DNA of 64,000 nt. It comes from Tubulanus polymorphus (lineage: Eukaryota; Animalia; Nemertea). The stretch covers positions 5,046,231-5,110,230 of the forward strand of contig NC_134033.1 of assembly GCF_964204645.1 (NCBI RefSeq), read 5' to 3'. Position numbers and translations under genes: made by a program. Of this stretch, positions 11,896 through 24,390 are shown piece by piece. A model generated the notes under the pieces. The model did no database searches, was not told the origin of the DNA, and saw only the letters and a list, made by a program, of their open reading frames with translations. The stretch's first letter is position 1; each line of letters begins with the position of its first letter.

Positions 11896-12874
11896 AAACA
11901 AGGCAATTCGATACTACGTATCTATGTCCCCCGCGATAGCCAGTAGGGAATGAATGACCCCCGAAGACACTAATCTTTGGTATAGAAAAATGATGAGTGT
12001 ATCCATGGATAACCATACTATGAAATATCATTTTCCTGCTATGTAATTTAAGAATTGAGTTTACAGGGTTTTAGGCAAACGACGTTTACCAACCTTGACC
12101 TTTGACCCTAGAACTCCAAAATCACTAATGCACATCCTCTCCCCAGGGGTAATCATACTATGAAATAGCATTGTTCTGTTATTAATGGTTCTTCTTGGAT
12201 CGTGTTTCCAAGCTTTCATATGAATAATATCTAGTGACCTTGACATTTTTCCCCAAAATCAATAGGGCACATCCTCTCCCTAGGGGTAATCATGCGATGT
12301 AATATCATTGCATTGCTATCAACAGTTCTTTCTGAATCACATTCACGACACAAGGTTTCACATGAATGACCTGAAGTGACCTTGACCTTTGATCCTTGGA
12401 GCCCAGAATCAATAGGGCACATCCTCTCCCTAGGGGTAGTCATACTACGTAATATCATGGTCCTGCTATCAACGGTTCGTCTTGAATCGCGTTCACAAGG
12501 TTTCACATGAATAACCTGTAGTGACCTTGACCTTTGGTCCTTGGACCCCAAAATCAATAGGGCACATTCTCTCACTAGGGGTAATCATACTGCGTAATAT
12601 CATAGTCCTGCGATCAACGGTTCTTCTTGAATCGCGTTCACAAGGTTTCACATGAATGACCTGTAATGACCTTGACCTTTGGTCATTGGACCCCAAAATC
12701 ATTAGGGCACATCCTCTCCCTAGTGGTAGTCATACTGTGTAATATCATAGTCCCGCGATCAACGGTTCGTCTTGAATCGCGTTCACAAGCTCATGCGGAC
12801 GGACGGACAGACGGACGGACGGAGGCGGATACCAAGTCCCCAGCTCGCGGCCTACGCCGCGCGGGGGACAATAA
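11896..12874 (+). mobile_element. Helentron-associated non-autonomous element (HINE/DINE-1 type) carrying a ~145-bp tandem array
   Basis: Subterminal inverted repeats tgtcccccgcg (11925-11935) and cgcgggggaca (12860-12870). End hairpin cgcggc-ctac-gccgcg. (GGAC)n microsatellite at ~12796-12822. About five ~145-bp units anchored on gtgaccttgaccttt. A-rich insertion site. Confidence 0.85.
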
Positions 12875-14294
12875 CAAGGATTAGTTTATAAATCAAAGAG
12901 CAAACAAAGTGAACGAGGCCTCGGACTCTTCATCTACCGGGTTAAGAAGCCTAGAGTTTAGTGACTGTACCTGCCTGCACTGTGGATAATTGGACTGTTC
13001 GCTGAGTGGCGGGTCTGTATGAATTCTGTTGATAATAATTCAAGAAATTACAAGTAATCATCTTACACGATTTAATCGAATTTTTCCAAAAATCGAATAA
13101 TGCTCGAATTCCTAGCTGTTAAACCTTACACATTGTCAGAGAGCCAGAAGTGTGTTGTATTCATCAACCATCGAAACGAGCATCGACAAACTAACTTGAA
13201 ATGAACATTTAAATTATATTTGAAGAACAAGACTGATTTTTCCACGGGCTCCAGCGGTTGGATCATCGATTGTCACCGTAAAGTTACCGAGATGTGGGGG
13301 AAACGCTGACTTTTATGAATTCATGAGTTTGATAAATTGATCCGAGTTAATGTTGAAGAATGGCATCTTATTAATGATTTTAATTAGGATCGTCAACGCG
13401 CGTTGTGGTTCCTGATGTGGCTTGATGAGCTTGGGAGGAACTACGTAATTCACACATTAGTCGTGCTGCATCGTCACAATATATAACTAATTTCGACCAC
13501 GTTCACTACATAAGGCGTGGAGCCACTTAATGGTGTCTTAGTTGATATCCGAATATCATGATTAGGTTGTTCGTGTAATCATCGAGGTCTAATGAACATG
13601 GCGTAGCCGGGGGAGACAGTTCACGTGTGAAATTCATCGAACTCCATTTTTGTGCGCTAAAAATATGCTTTAAATATTAAGGGATATCCGAGCACTTCCC
13701 GACCTTTTGAAGCCCTTTGTCAAGTTACCTATTGGACAATTTCGACAGCGGAATAATTAACACGCAGAAAGCACATAGAGACAAATATTCCCTCTATTTT
13801 TAGGTTTCTCTTTTACACTAGAATTTCAGTTTCGTAAATGTCTACTAGACAACGACTAAAGTTCTAATTGTACAGTTAGTTTAGATAAACAAATAAATTT
13901 GGGAGTCATCGTTCAGAGAAACCCCGGGCCACGCGATGACTATAGTCTACACGGACGAAAACGAAATCGCCTCGTAAGAATTCAGCGAGATGAACGTCAA
14001 AAACTCCGATTCACAGAAGATTTGACCTGAAAAGTGTCACTAAAACTTACGTCGTCGCAAATACATTAAAGTATTACGTCGCTGTAGAAATATATATGTC
14101 GGGACGTTATTACGTTGCAAAAAAAACATGCGTCGGTGCAGCGCTCATATTTGTTACATTCATCGCGTTAATTCCCACATAAGGATTGAGTTGAGACACA
14201 TGAACAGAACGGTGATTAGACAGTTTAGTTTAGTTTAGTTCAGTTTAGAGGATTTGTATTCAAAGAAAATGACAGTGTACTTTTGCCTGCGAAC

Positions 14295-14352
14295 GATTTT
14301 GATGCCAAACCGCATTGCATCTATAAATGCAATGCGGTTTGGCATCAAAATC
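14295..14352. repeat. Perfect 26-bp inverted repeat with a 6-nt loop
   Basis: gattttgatgccaaaccgcattgcat-ctataa-atgcaatgcggtttggcatcaaaatc. Confidence 0.95.
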
Positions 14353-15455
14353 TCTATCAATCATAGAGTAATGGAGCATGAGCAAGAAAATAACGAATTA
14401 ACAACGGTCAGTTAAAAAAATCGAAAAGCGAACAGAGTGAGCGCAGTGTATGTACCTGTCATTGACACTTCACCGGGAGGAGAAGAGTACCTTCAGCGTG
14501 GATGATTGGATTGAATGGTAGGTGATTTATTTGTTTTACAATAATATCATAAAACAAATATATTATATTCAACCCCCAATATACCACCCTCGAATATCTT
14601 GCATTTCAAGATTATGAAAACAGCAAATAATCATTTAATACGTATCTCATGCCTCACGTTGCACATCCAGAGAAAGTCGAGCAGAAGTAGAATAACTAAT
14701 CTTTCTTCTTTTTAAGAACGAATGATGGTTGATTTTATTTCCTCACTGTGAAACCTTACAAATTTGTGAATGACTGTCGGATGTCTAACTAATGAAATAT
14801 ATTAAAATGTAGAACACCTGGACATGGGCTATCAGGATTTTTATGCCCACGTGAAAAGGGGAGGGGGCAGACAAACTCGTTCGGGTAATTGGAGTTACGC
14901 TAGGGCTTATACATTGCACTGATCGAAGTGGTGACTTGGCAATTTCTCTTTGTTATCGTTCATTTAATACAAAGAAATATTTTCTGCGTTTCAAGCGAAT
15001 TTGTTTCAAAGCGGCACTTTCGGTGGAGAGAGGCGTGGCCACGGAAGAGGCGTGACACGACTATCAATCACATTGATGTGTGACCCGCAGCTCGCGTATC
15101 TCCCATCGCATATTAAATCACCAGAAGATTCTTACCGCCGCAATCTGGCCCATGAAAACACTTTTACTGACGATATCGGATTATTTATAACTGATCGAGA
15201 ACCAAAAACTTGCATTTTCGAAAGCTGACTTTTTCTATAAGAACGGGAATTTACATTGTGTGCTCTTTGCAGCGACGTCATCGTAGAGTTTTCTAATTAA
15301 TTTCATAACCGTGTATAAAAACTTTTTACCGAAGATCCGTCGTGAAGCAGCCGTGTGTGGATCGTGAATCACGCGAACAAGAAGAAAACATCAATCAAGT
15401 AATTGAACTTTGATGAGATATATTCACGAGTTGAAACAAATACGTCGATAAAGAA

Positions 15456-16550
15456 ATGAACTCGACTTCAAATAACGCGAATGAAACTTATCCCCAAGAA
15501 CGACACCTCTATGGCGCGTCCTGCTACTTCTATTTTGTCTATCCAGTGGATTTGGTGAACACTATGAACCGGTCGATAAAGTGGGTACACATTGTTTGCA
15601 CCTCGTTCTTTATTGTCTTCGGTCTGATGATGAATATCGTATCATTAATCGTTATGATGATGCCGAAAATGCGCAAGAGCTCGTTCGCGGTCTACTTGGC
15701 AGCTCTAGCCATAAGCGACGGCGGTAATTTGATGCTGCACAGTATTTTCTGGATTAATTACATCAGCGCCCTTTCGGGTAGACCGTTGGTCATCGTGGTC
15801 TTTGGAGGGTTCGCAAAGAGCTTTATGAAATACATAAGTATGTATTTTGCCGCTTTGAGCAGTTGGTTAGTAACATTGATAAGTATTGAACGTTTTATCG
15901 TTGTCTGTTTTCCGATGTCAGCGTCGCGTTTGTATCGCCGTGGATCGGCCCGTGGCGCCACCTGTTGCACGGTTCTAAGCGTCCTTTGCGTAGTGTTAAT
16001 CGACGGTTCCCTGCGTCCATGGATGAACTACCACACCAGTTGTAGGATACCCAATCGACGCCGCGACTCACGCGCTTTAGGGACTCTAATGATGGGCTAC
16101 CTGCCTTTTATCATTATAACGTTTTGTTGCGTGAGTATAGTCGCAGTTTTGAGACTCCGCAGTGCTAGAATGCCGATCGCCGCCGTCAAATTAACCAATA
16201 ACAGAGTTACTCGACTTATGCTTCTCGTAATGCTCGTTTTTCTCGTTCTGTTATTTCCTACTGTAGTTACTCTTACTCTAGTAACCGTGCTCCCACACTT
16301 GCGAGAAGTTCTGCAATTGGTATCGAGTTCAATGTCCGTCATTCTTTCAGAAATAAGCTATTCGGTCAATTTCCTCATTTACGCATTGGCCAGTCGAAAG
16401 ATGAGGGAAGCGTTTGCTGAAAAGTTTCTTATTTGGTCGACAGATGGCACTCGTAGCAACATCCGATTAAGGGATCGAATGAATAACAAAATTAAGTCCA
16501 AAGAGACAACGGACTCTCCTACACCCGCTATTAATGCTAGTGAACCTTAA
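15456..16550 (+). CDS. Intronless rhodopsin-class GPCR, FMRFamide receptor/Srw-like, 364 aa
   Basis: N-glycosylation sequons at the N-terminus. Motifs GLMMN, LAALAISD, SIERFIVVCFP, YLPF and SYSVNFLIY. Confidence 0.93.
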   Translation: MNSTSNNANETYPQERHLYGASCYFYFVYPVDLVNTMNRSIKWVHIVCTSFFIVFGLMMNIVSLIVMMMPKMRKSSFAVYLAALAISDGGNLMLHSIFWINYISALSGRPLVIVVFGGFAKSFMKYISMYFAALSSWLVTLISIERFIVVCFPMSASRLYRRGSARGATCCTVLSVLCVVLIDGSLRPWMNYHTSCRIPNRRRDSRALGTLMMGYLPFIIITFCCVSIVAVLRLRSARMPIAAVKLTNNRVTRLMLLVMLVFLVLLFPTVVTLTLVTVLPHLREVLQLVSSSMSVILSEISYSVNFLIYALASRKMREAFAEKFLIWSTDGTRSNIRLRDRMNNKIKSKETTDSPTPAINASEP

Positions 16551-17574
16551 AGGCCATCGATCTTGTGTTTGACGTGGAAGCAGATGAATGAACAACGTTT
16601 TAGCAAGAATCAGTCTCAATGAATATACACGAAATGTATATTTACTGGATGTAGAAGAAAATCAGAATCGTTGGAAATATAAATAAATGTTTGCAACGTT
16701 AATGTCACGAAAGCGGTTGCTCTCTTATTGTCATATTTTAACATTAGGCATTCAGAAGTTTTGGCTGAAATAGGCAGAAATACAGGTATCCATCTCCAGC
16801 ACCCCTGGAAACATGCACCATTGTAAGGTTAGGTCATATCGACCAGGTTTTGAAAATGTGTTGATTAAAGATCTCATCTGGTACGTAATTGATTTTAGTT
16901 ATGTACACGTTACCGTAAAACGGGGTGAATAGGAACAGGCAGAGGGAAAAGTTTTTTCTCTCCTCATATGAACTTTAACGTTTGACAAATTAATTCTAAA
17001 TTCTTTTCAAACTTTAGCCACAACGCTAGCTAAGAAAAAACACAGTAAATTATGGAAGTCAATAGGAACAGGCACATCTCTATGAAAAAATATATGTTCC
17101 TTTTCAAATTTTGATAAGTTGAATTTACTACCTTGTACCACTTGGTCATATGGACATGATATTTTCTGTAATCCAGCCAATATTGGGTTCTACGTTAGGT
17201 ACACGTATAACATGTAAATGACTGCACCGGTGAATGTATGTTCTAAAGTTAATGTTGATTGCTGATCATGAAACAATTAAACCGGTAGTGCCAGCAGGTA
17301 CACAACCAATTTTCGACGTCGATCCTGCGTTGAAGACTGTGATGTCGAAATACTAACGTGGATTTACGTCGATGGTTTTGTTTGTTGTAAGCTGGCGTCG
17401 CTTTACTAGTTAATTTCAATGTTTTATCGACGTGGGTTAAAAACAAAGTTCTTTTCGACTAAAATTATTCGATCGACGTAATAACGTCGCGGACATCATA
17501 CCGAAACAAAAACATGGAAAATGGTCACGATCATACATAAAGAAAGATTAATCATAAATATTGGTTCTAGATTT

Positions 17575-17800
17575 GGTTGCCCTCACAACGCGTTGTTGGG
17601 GCATGCTGTATTCACTTCGTCGTCCGTTCATCTGTCCGCAGTGTTTTCCGTGCCCTAGCACCTAAACCCTTTGACAGACTTTCTTTAAATTCAAAGAGTT
17701 GTGTTGTCCTTGGTTAGTATCTGATTAGATTTTGGGTCCTGTAGGTCCAAGGTCAAGGTCGCAGAAATCCATTTTGTGAAATTCATTTCTGGGCTCTAAC
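17575..17800. mobile_element. Degenerate HINE-like fragment
   Basis: Hairpin gccc...ggggc, then a cgtccgtt/ctgtccg microsatellite remnant, then caaggtcaaggtc, which is the reverse complement of the gaccttgacc array motif. Confidence 0.45.
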
Positions 17801-17976
17801 TCACAGATAGTTTAAAATAACTAAATGAAATTCCATACGGATAGGATATTCTATTCTTAGCGTGGGTAAGGCCACAGCAAAAGAAAACCCTGTTTCTCGG
17901 GCACGAACGACCCGACTCGATATTTCGCCATTTCAAATAATCATTTCCAGAAAAAATATAATTGCTTATGAACGTC

Positions 17977-18525
17977 GCCACCGGGTATACCCAACCAAGG
18001 ACCGGTTAGTCTAACTTGTTGTTTACAGCAACCGGGCCAGATTCAGACCGTATAACATTAGATTTATCTACTAACTGGTAGTAAAAATCTGAACCGACTA
18101 ATAACGCTACATTGAAAGAATTTGAACCACTGTTCACGCTATGTGCGAATGTTATACCCTTGAACTCAGGAATCCTAGAAAACGATGTAACTTGAACTGA
18201 CATAGGTTTAGTAATAACAGGGACAACTAACGCATCAAGCTCAAAAGGTTCCTCTTCGACAGAAATAACATTCAAAGTAATAATTATCAACTTCTTTGAA
18301 TCCTGATGATCTAGCATCAAAACCAGAAAAGTTAAAAAAATTCTCGTCTCTTCGTCTTGAAATTGATCAAATTATAATGATTGGGTTATGAATGACCTCT
18401 GAGATCCGTCATCAAATAACATTCCTGTATTTTCAATAATTATCTAACAGGAGACAGTTGTCACAGCAGCAACAGCAGTTTTTAATAAAACCGAACCGTA
18501 CGATTGCCCTTGAATAGTAGTACAG
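17977..18525 (-). mobile_element. BEL/Pao LTR retrotransposon fragment (aspartic protease, DUF1758-like region)
   Basis: Minus-strand translations VLLKTAVA, LFDDGSQRSFIT, ALVVPVIT and LLVGSDFYYQLV...GPVAVNNKL(GWV), interrupted by stops and frameshifts. Confidence 0.8.
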
Positions 18526-20450
18526 TAAACTGTGGCCAGGTCGGATCTGGCCGAGTCGTATATAACCACTCAACTCGGCGGCGGTGCAATATAAAAAAAA
18601 TTCAGTTTCCTATATGAAATAATGCTTTCGTATTCTCGTAGCAATGTCTCAATCGTTTTCGTTACTTACTGCGGCTAAGTCGTATATTCTGAACGACCAT
18701 TGGTCTAACCAGTATTATTCAATCCCCAGTAAATTCAATGACAATTTGTGACCGGACCAATAATGCTCGTAGGGCCGGCGTTGACCGTTCGAAACAGTAA
18801 ATGAATTCTGCGGGTGGGTTCGAATCCCGGATAAATGACACTGACAGCAGAACGATTGCTGGCATGCGAGGTGGCACCCGACATGTGAATGCTGACCAGG
18901 GGATTTCCCGGCTACAGAATTAGATAGGGTTAATCGATCGCACATCAGACAGATGATACAAGCCACGAGCAACCAAAAACTGATGTTACTTATTTAAATA
19001 GTACACATTTGATTATTTATTTACGTTTATTTCTGCATATAACAGTTTTTACAGTGAGTAAACCCTATATTAGCAACCATAGTCCTTAAATTTGAATTTG
19101 TAACTTGTAAATGTTTAACTTAACCATTTTGCCTATAATGTACTTGTACCTTGGCACTGGAACTTATATTATAATGTATATTAATATTCGGAATAAACAT
19201 CTTTATAACTGCAAAAAAAATAGTCCTTAATGAATGAGTTCCAAAATATTTAAAAAAAAAATGGTCCTTCAGAGTCGGATTCCAACCATGTCGGACGAAA
19301 CTTAGGCGAAGACTGTAGTACTGGTTATAGCCTGATCTGAAAAATCGACGCTTAAAGATGCAAGATTCTGGTTTCTTTAATTCCGACCCAACTGTTGACT
19401 GTTGTAACTTAATAGACTCATTCGAATCGATTTTAACATGTAAGCCAACCGGGATTTTCGACAGGTTTGCTCCACGTAAACTAGTATGTTGGGAAACTGA
19501 ACATGATTTATATTTTATTTTGGAAACAAAATCTTATACAAATATATACAAACGTAATACACGTAAATATAATACACGTGTAAATGTGACAATATAAGGT
19601 TATATTTGGGTTCATTATTTAATTGTTCACCTACGAATAAGATTCAATGAAACGTTTCGATATTCCGAAAAATTTGATAATGTTATTTAAGGACAAAACG
19701 ATTCGCGTGAGCAATGAAATCATCAAAATCATCATCTCAAATAATCTCAATCGATTTTTCAAAAACTACAAATTACTATGATTTTGAGAGTATTTTGATA
19801 TTGTTCTGTGAGCTCTCTAGAAAGTAGAAACTAGTTTGGATAAACATTCTGTCTCATGAAAATATGTTGAACCAAAAGAATCCAGGAGTAATTCAAGAAT
19901 TCGTCAGTAGGCCGATCTCGAAGAGTTCGTTAACCTAAAGAATCGAGAATTCCAAACACTTACAACTATATCAACATGATACATATCGTTATGAAACCAC
20001 CACTGCTGCTACACTAACAGATGGTTTTTTTTTGTAAAACTAGGTTTATAAAATCAAAGGCTTTTATACCGTTGAAGATATCAATGTAATAAATCATTTC
20101 ACGTTTATACATTTCGTCTCTAAAACGCTTAAAATTCATCCATTGTGTAAAACTAAACTTGAGTCGTCTACACGTGTTACAGTTGTTCGATGACTTTTAC
20201 GCGCGTTGCGATGAAGAAACTACTCGGTACCACCGAATCAATAACGAATAGCGAATAACGTATGACGATTAACCAATAGCGAATAACGTTTAGCGATTGA
20301 CGAACAGCGTGGCGGTCCAGGAATTCCGTACGGTTCAGGTTTTCAAAAAGAGAGAGATCGTGAAAATATATACATACAAGCATTCATAGAATGTGCATAT
20401 TACGCATTGGTAGGTGTTCCATTTCATAGATTACAGGTTTCTCTCTCACG

Positions 20451-21515
20451 ATGAATTTCAGTTCGCAGACGACTTCACTACTCTCTACAACTACTAGAAA
20501 TCCCTGCTCACCTTACTTATTCCAAAACGTATTGTCAATCAGCGTAAAACTAGCTGGAGGTTTTCCTATCAGTATCGTCGGAATAATTTTGAATAATTTC
20601 AGCATTGTGATTTTACGTCGCCAAACTTCAAATCACATATCGCTCTACATTCTGCGATGTCTGGCAGTGGCTGACATAATCTTTCTTACATTTCACATAA
20701 TTCAAGAACCTTTTCGTTTCATTGTCTCCGGTTTGACCCAGGGTAGTCATATGTTCGTGATTCCTACGAGTATGAGTTGGGGTGTTCGGCCATGGATCTA
20801 TCGGGTAGCTTGGTTACCGAGAACCTCAGCGCAAGTGACAAGGAACTGGATAACTGTACTACTAGTTTTAGAAAGGTCCTTTTCTATCGCTAGGCCATTC
20901 TTCGCTAGAACTCATTTCACAATACCAAGGGTAAGAATTGTAGTTTGTTGTTTCTATATTATTTTTGGTATCTTAGGCTCTCCATTGATTATCGGTACTA
21001 CAGTAGGTATCTGGTTTTATGACGAATGTAATAAAGTCGTCATAAAATCCATCCGCGGAGCAAGCGATCCCATACGAAAATACTTCCTCACTGTATTTAT
21101 GTGGATTGATGACTTTCCTAGTCCTTTGTACAAAGAAATCCTGCCTGCCTTAATGCTAATAATTTTCAACAGCCATCTGATATGGACTCTGAGAAAGATA
21201 AGTTCTAGGAGAAAAGAAATGACACACGAAGGCGAACAAAGGCTAGACGTGAAAGCTATCAGGATAGCTGTAGCTATTGTTATTCTGTTTATCGTCTGTG
21301 AAATCCCTGCTTCGTTCCGATCTTATAACGAATTCATCGGTCGCTTCGTCAAAATGCCACCTATTAAATACTCTCACACCATCTATACCCTTCAAGAACT
21401 GTTTACCGATCTTTTACCGACCTTAAACTCGTCTGTAAATTTCTTTATCTATTACTTAGCAAACGATAATTTTAGAGGAACTGCAAAAAAACTGTTGAGA
21501 AGGCGGCCGATTTAA
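20451..21515 (+). CDS. Intronless rhodopsin-class GPCR, FMRFamide receptor/Srw-like, 354 aa
   Basis: Seven TM segments. Motifs GIILN, LAVAD, RNWITVLLVLERS, FIVCEIP and NSSVNFFIYYLANDNFR. Closest in motif pattern to the 8139-9245 receptor. Confidence 0.93.
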   Translation: MNFSSQTTSLLSTTTRNPCSPYLFQNVLSISVKLAGGFPISIVGIILNNFSIVILRRQTSNHISLYILRCLAVADIIFLTFHIIQEPFRFIVSGLTQGSHMFVIPTSMSWGVRPWIYRVAWLPRTSAQVTRNWITVLLVLERSFSIARPFFARTHFTIPRVRIVVCCFYIIFGILGSPLIIGTTVGIWFYDECNKVVIKSIRGASDPIRKYFLTVFMWIDDFPSPLYKEILPALMLIIFNSHLIWTLRKISSRRKEMTHEGEQRLDVKAIRIAVAIVILFIVCEIPASFRSYNEFIGRFVKMPPIKYSHTIYTLQELFTDLLPTLNSSVNFFIYYLANDNFRGTAKKLLRRRPI

Positions 21516-22499
21516 ACTCCGTCGAGCGAAACAGATATATTTTGGATCCGTCCAGGCTTTTTTAGATTTCAGAGCCCCATCCCCAACGCCATATTTGACG
21601 AGAATTTAACATGTGTGATTGCCGTTTAATCACTAAACCAGTTGAATTAAAAAGATGGAATAGAATTTGCAAAAATCACTCTGGATACTTAAAGTTGATG
21701 AGAACATAAAAATAATGATTAATGCAACGTGAGCCAGGTACTTTGAAATGGATGTTGTCATTGCGAATTTATTAAAAGAACTGTTGAAGGTCTCTTTAAA
21801 ACTGCGTACATTAATTACTTTTTTTAATTAATTAATTTTTTTAGAACATCAAATCTCTATATAGATTCAATTAACCCGATTGCCTTCTTTCTTACACTTT
21901 ATGTCACAGTATCACTATCTCCGACGATCTTAGTTATTACATAATAAGCAAATTGCGATACTTTGTGATATTTGCTAACAGTATGAATTCAAGCGTATAT
22001 GCGGCTTTGTGTGATATGTAATACGTATCATAGCGAATGGACAACGAGAGGGTTGTGAAATCGGAGGAACTGACTCCGTGGAATAACAATATACCGAGAT
22101 CTACCTACCTAGAGTCGCCGTGACAGAAATGAAACAGCGCGAAATGGCTTCAAAATTATAACTTAAAAAGTTCGTAGCCACTATTATCTACATATATAAT
22201 AATTGTAATAAATCGTTGAATCTAATTCTGTCTTCTGTAATGAATTTCTATGTTCGCAATAAAACACTGATGTTCACTGGTACGAAAAACAACCGCTTCT
22301 ATTACGAGATTATATGAAATTGAGAGGAGACCTCAAAATAACAAGAAACGAGTGATTTGAATCATCAATTAAAAACCGCGTCTTCTAAAAATACATCCGA
22401 GAAATATCGACATCAAAACAAAATCGCGCGCCCAAAATCAGCTCAAATACCAATGAAATAGTTTACCCATATAAAACCAGAAAATCTAGGTTCCACAGG

Positions 22500-23720
22500 A
22501 ATAGGGCCCGACCGAAACCGGCTGTCTGAACCTGAAACCAGTTGTACGTAAGTAAATGTCATTTGTATTTCATAAGAAGTAGAGTTCAACTCTTCAACTC
22601 TTCATCTTACTCAAATCACACTTAACTCACAAACTGTCAAAAATGTCCAATCAAGTTCAATTGTAAATAAATGCAACTTATTGTTAAAAGGTTCCACTTA
22701 AACTTACATATTCTGTATTTTATATCAACAGCTGAAATTATGTTTTAATTTAAAGATCTATCAACTAAGTATTCTAACCTAACCTATATATTCGGCCTAC
22801 CCATTCAGGCTAGGTTTTGGGGGTAGGGAGGAGGATACTGAAATTGAGAGACATGATATACAGGTCACACCGGAAATCTTCAGTCACTCTGTCATCATCA
22901 TTCAACTTAAGGTTCAATCTACTGTGACTAGGGGATCTTGATCTTCTCACTGAAGTAGAACATACAGGCCGCACCTGAATCGGGCCACTCTGTTGTGTGC
23001 TGGGGGTGAAGACACGTACTCTGTGGCCCAATCTTCTGGGTTCTTGTCTCAGCGATGACCCTGAAATTGTCATGTTTATTTCAAGTAAAATATTTACATA
23101 AAAGGCGTTGTCTTATAAAACAATACATTTGAAAAATCTGAAATTCTGTAAAAATAGAAAAAAACCTGAAAACAGAGAGAAACCCTGGAATAAAAGAAGC
23201 ATGGAATACAGGAACATGAAATAAAGATATGAGGCATAAGTAATAAACAAACTGCTATTTCTATCTGTAGACCCAGAGACCCACAGGACCCTGACGTAAA
23301 TAACACCCTATTTACTAATTAACGCATTTTATTTAAAATTGTATTAATATTCATGCATTTCTATAACTTACTAACTCACCGAGTAAGTTCCTAAACTAAT
23401 TAAACCTATAAAACATAATTTCGACTGTTAATGTTTTTCTAACTTACAATTTATCCAATCCTGTGTGTGTAATGTATGAATCCAATGATAATCCTTGAGT
23501 CAATTTGAATCCTTGTGTTTTTTATAACAGTTCAGTTCATTGAGCACAGTTTATATCAATCCGGTAATTAGTTTGAGCGCGATTTCATTCCAAATAAATC
23601 CTGAACAATAATACAATTCAAATTCCATTTAATTTCCAGTAACGGCTCAGTTTTTGAGAACGGTTTATCTTTCATCCATCCAGAATACATCCTAATATGT
23701 TCACAAGAGGGGTCTGCTTG
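22500..23720 (-). mobile_element. Highly degenerate LINE remnant
   Basis: Scattered minus-strand words: LYIMSLNFS (APE endonuclease start-like), RYWKLN, ISAVDIK and a GFR stretch. No continuous frame. Confidence 0.3.
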
Positions 23721-24390
23721 TTTTACGGGAGACAGTTTGAGCACCTCTTTTCAGACTGGTTAACCATACACCATCGCGATAACCTCTAGGTGTGAACATA
23801 TACAAGACACCCAGTTGTAATAATCTGTGCGAACGACAAGAATTGTCGAACACAATGAAGTTTCATATTTCATATTATCTAACTATTGGGGTCACTGGTC
23901 ATAATCCATCTTCGCTCTATAAACTGCGCGGCGACTCTAGTGAAGAAATCAATCTATTCTGAACTGCATGAAGTTTATATCGGTATAAATCATAAATCTC
24001 TGATAGCAAAATGATTTAATTTGAAAATTGAATTATTAAAATTGCCGCGAAAACCAGCTTCCAAAACTTCATCATCAATGATTGGACGCATAATTAGTCA
24101 TACTCGTCGATGATTGGCTAATTTGTACGAAATATGCATAAACTGGATGATTTACGTAAGTTCTCAGCGGACCCGATATTTACGCGGGAACCTTACAAAT
24201 GGTTCCACCTTCTTAGGAATAAAAGTTCCATTACTTCTGTGAAAATCCACCCTCCGAAGACATGGCTGACTTCAGCCCCGGAAATCCAGGAAGAAAGACA
24301 CTGAATATTTGGATGGATGAAAGCTGTGGGTACTGGAGTGTGTAATGGGTAGTGTAGTGTGATCTGTGTGCATTTGTGGCCAGCACACAG

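Noticed and set aside
12061-12884. Repetitive ORFs and a possible CRISPR-like array
   Set aside because: These are translations of the 145-bp HINE tandem units. There are no unique spacers or cas genes, and the DNA is eukaryotic.
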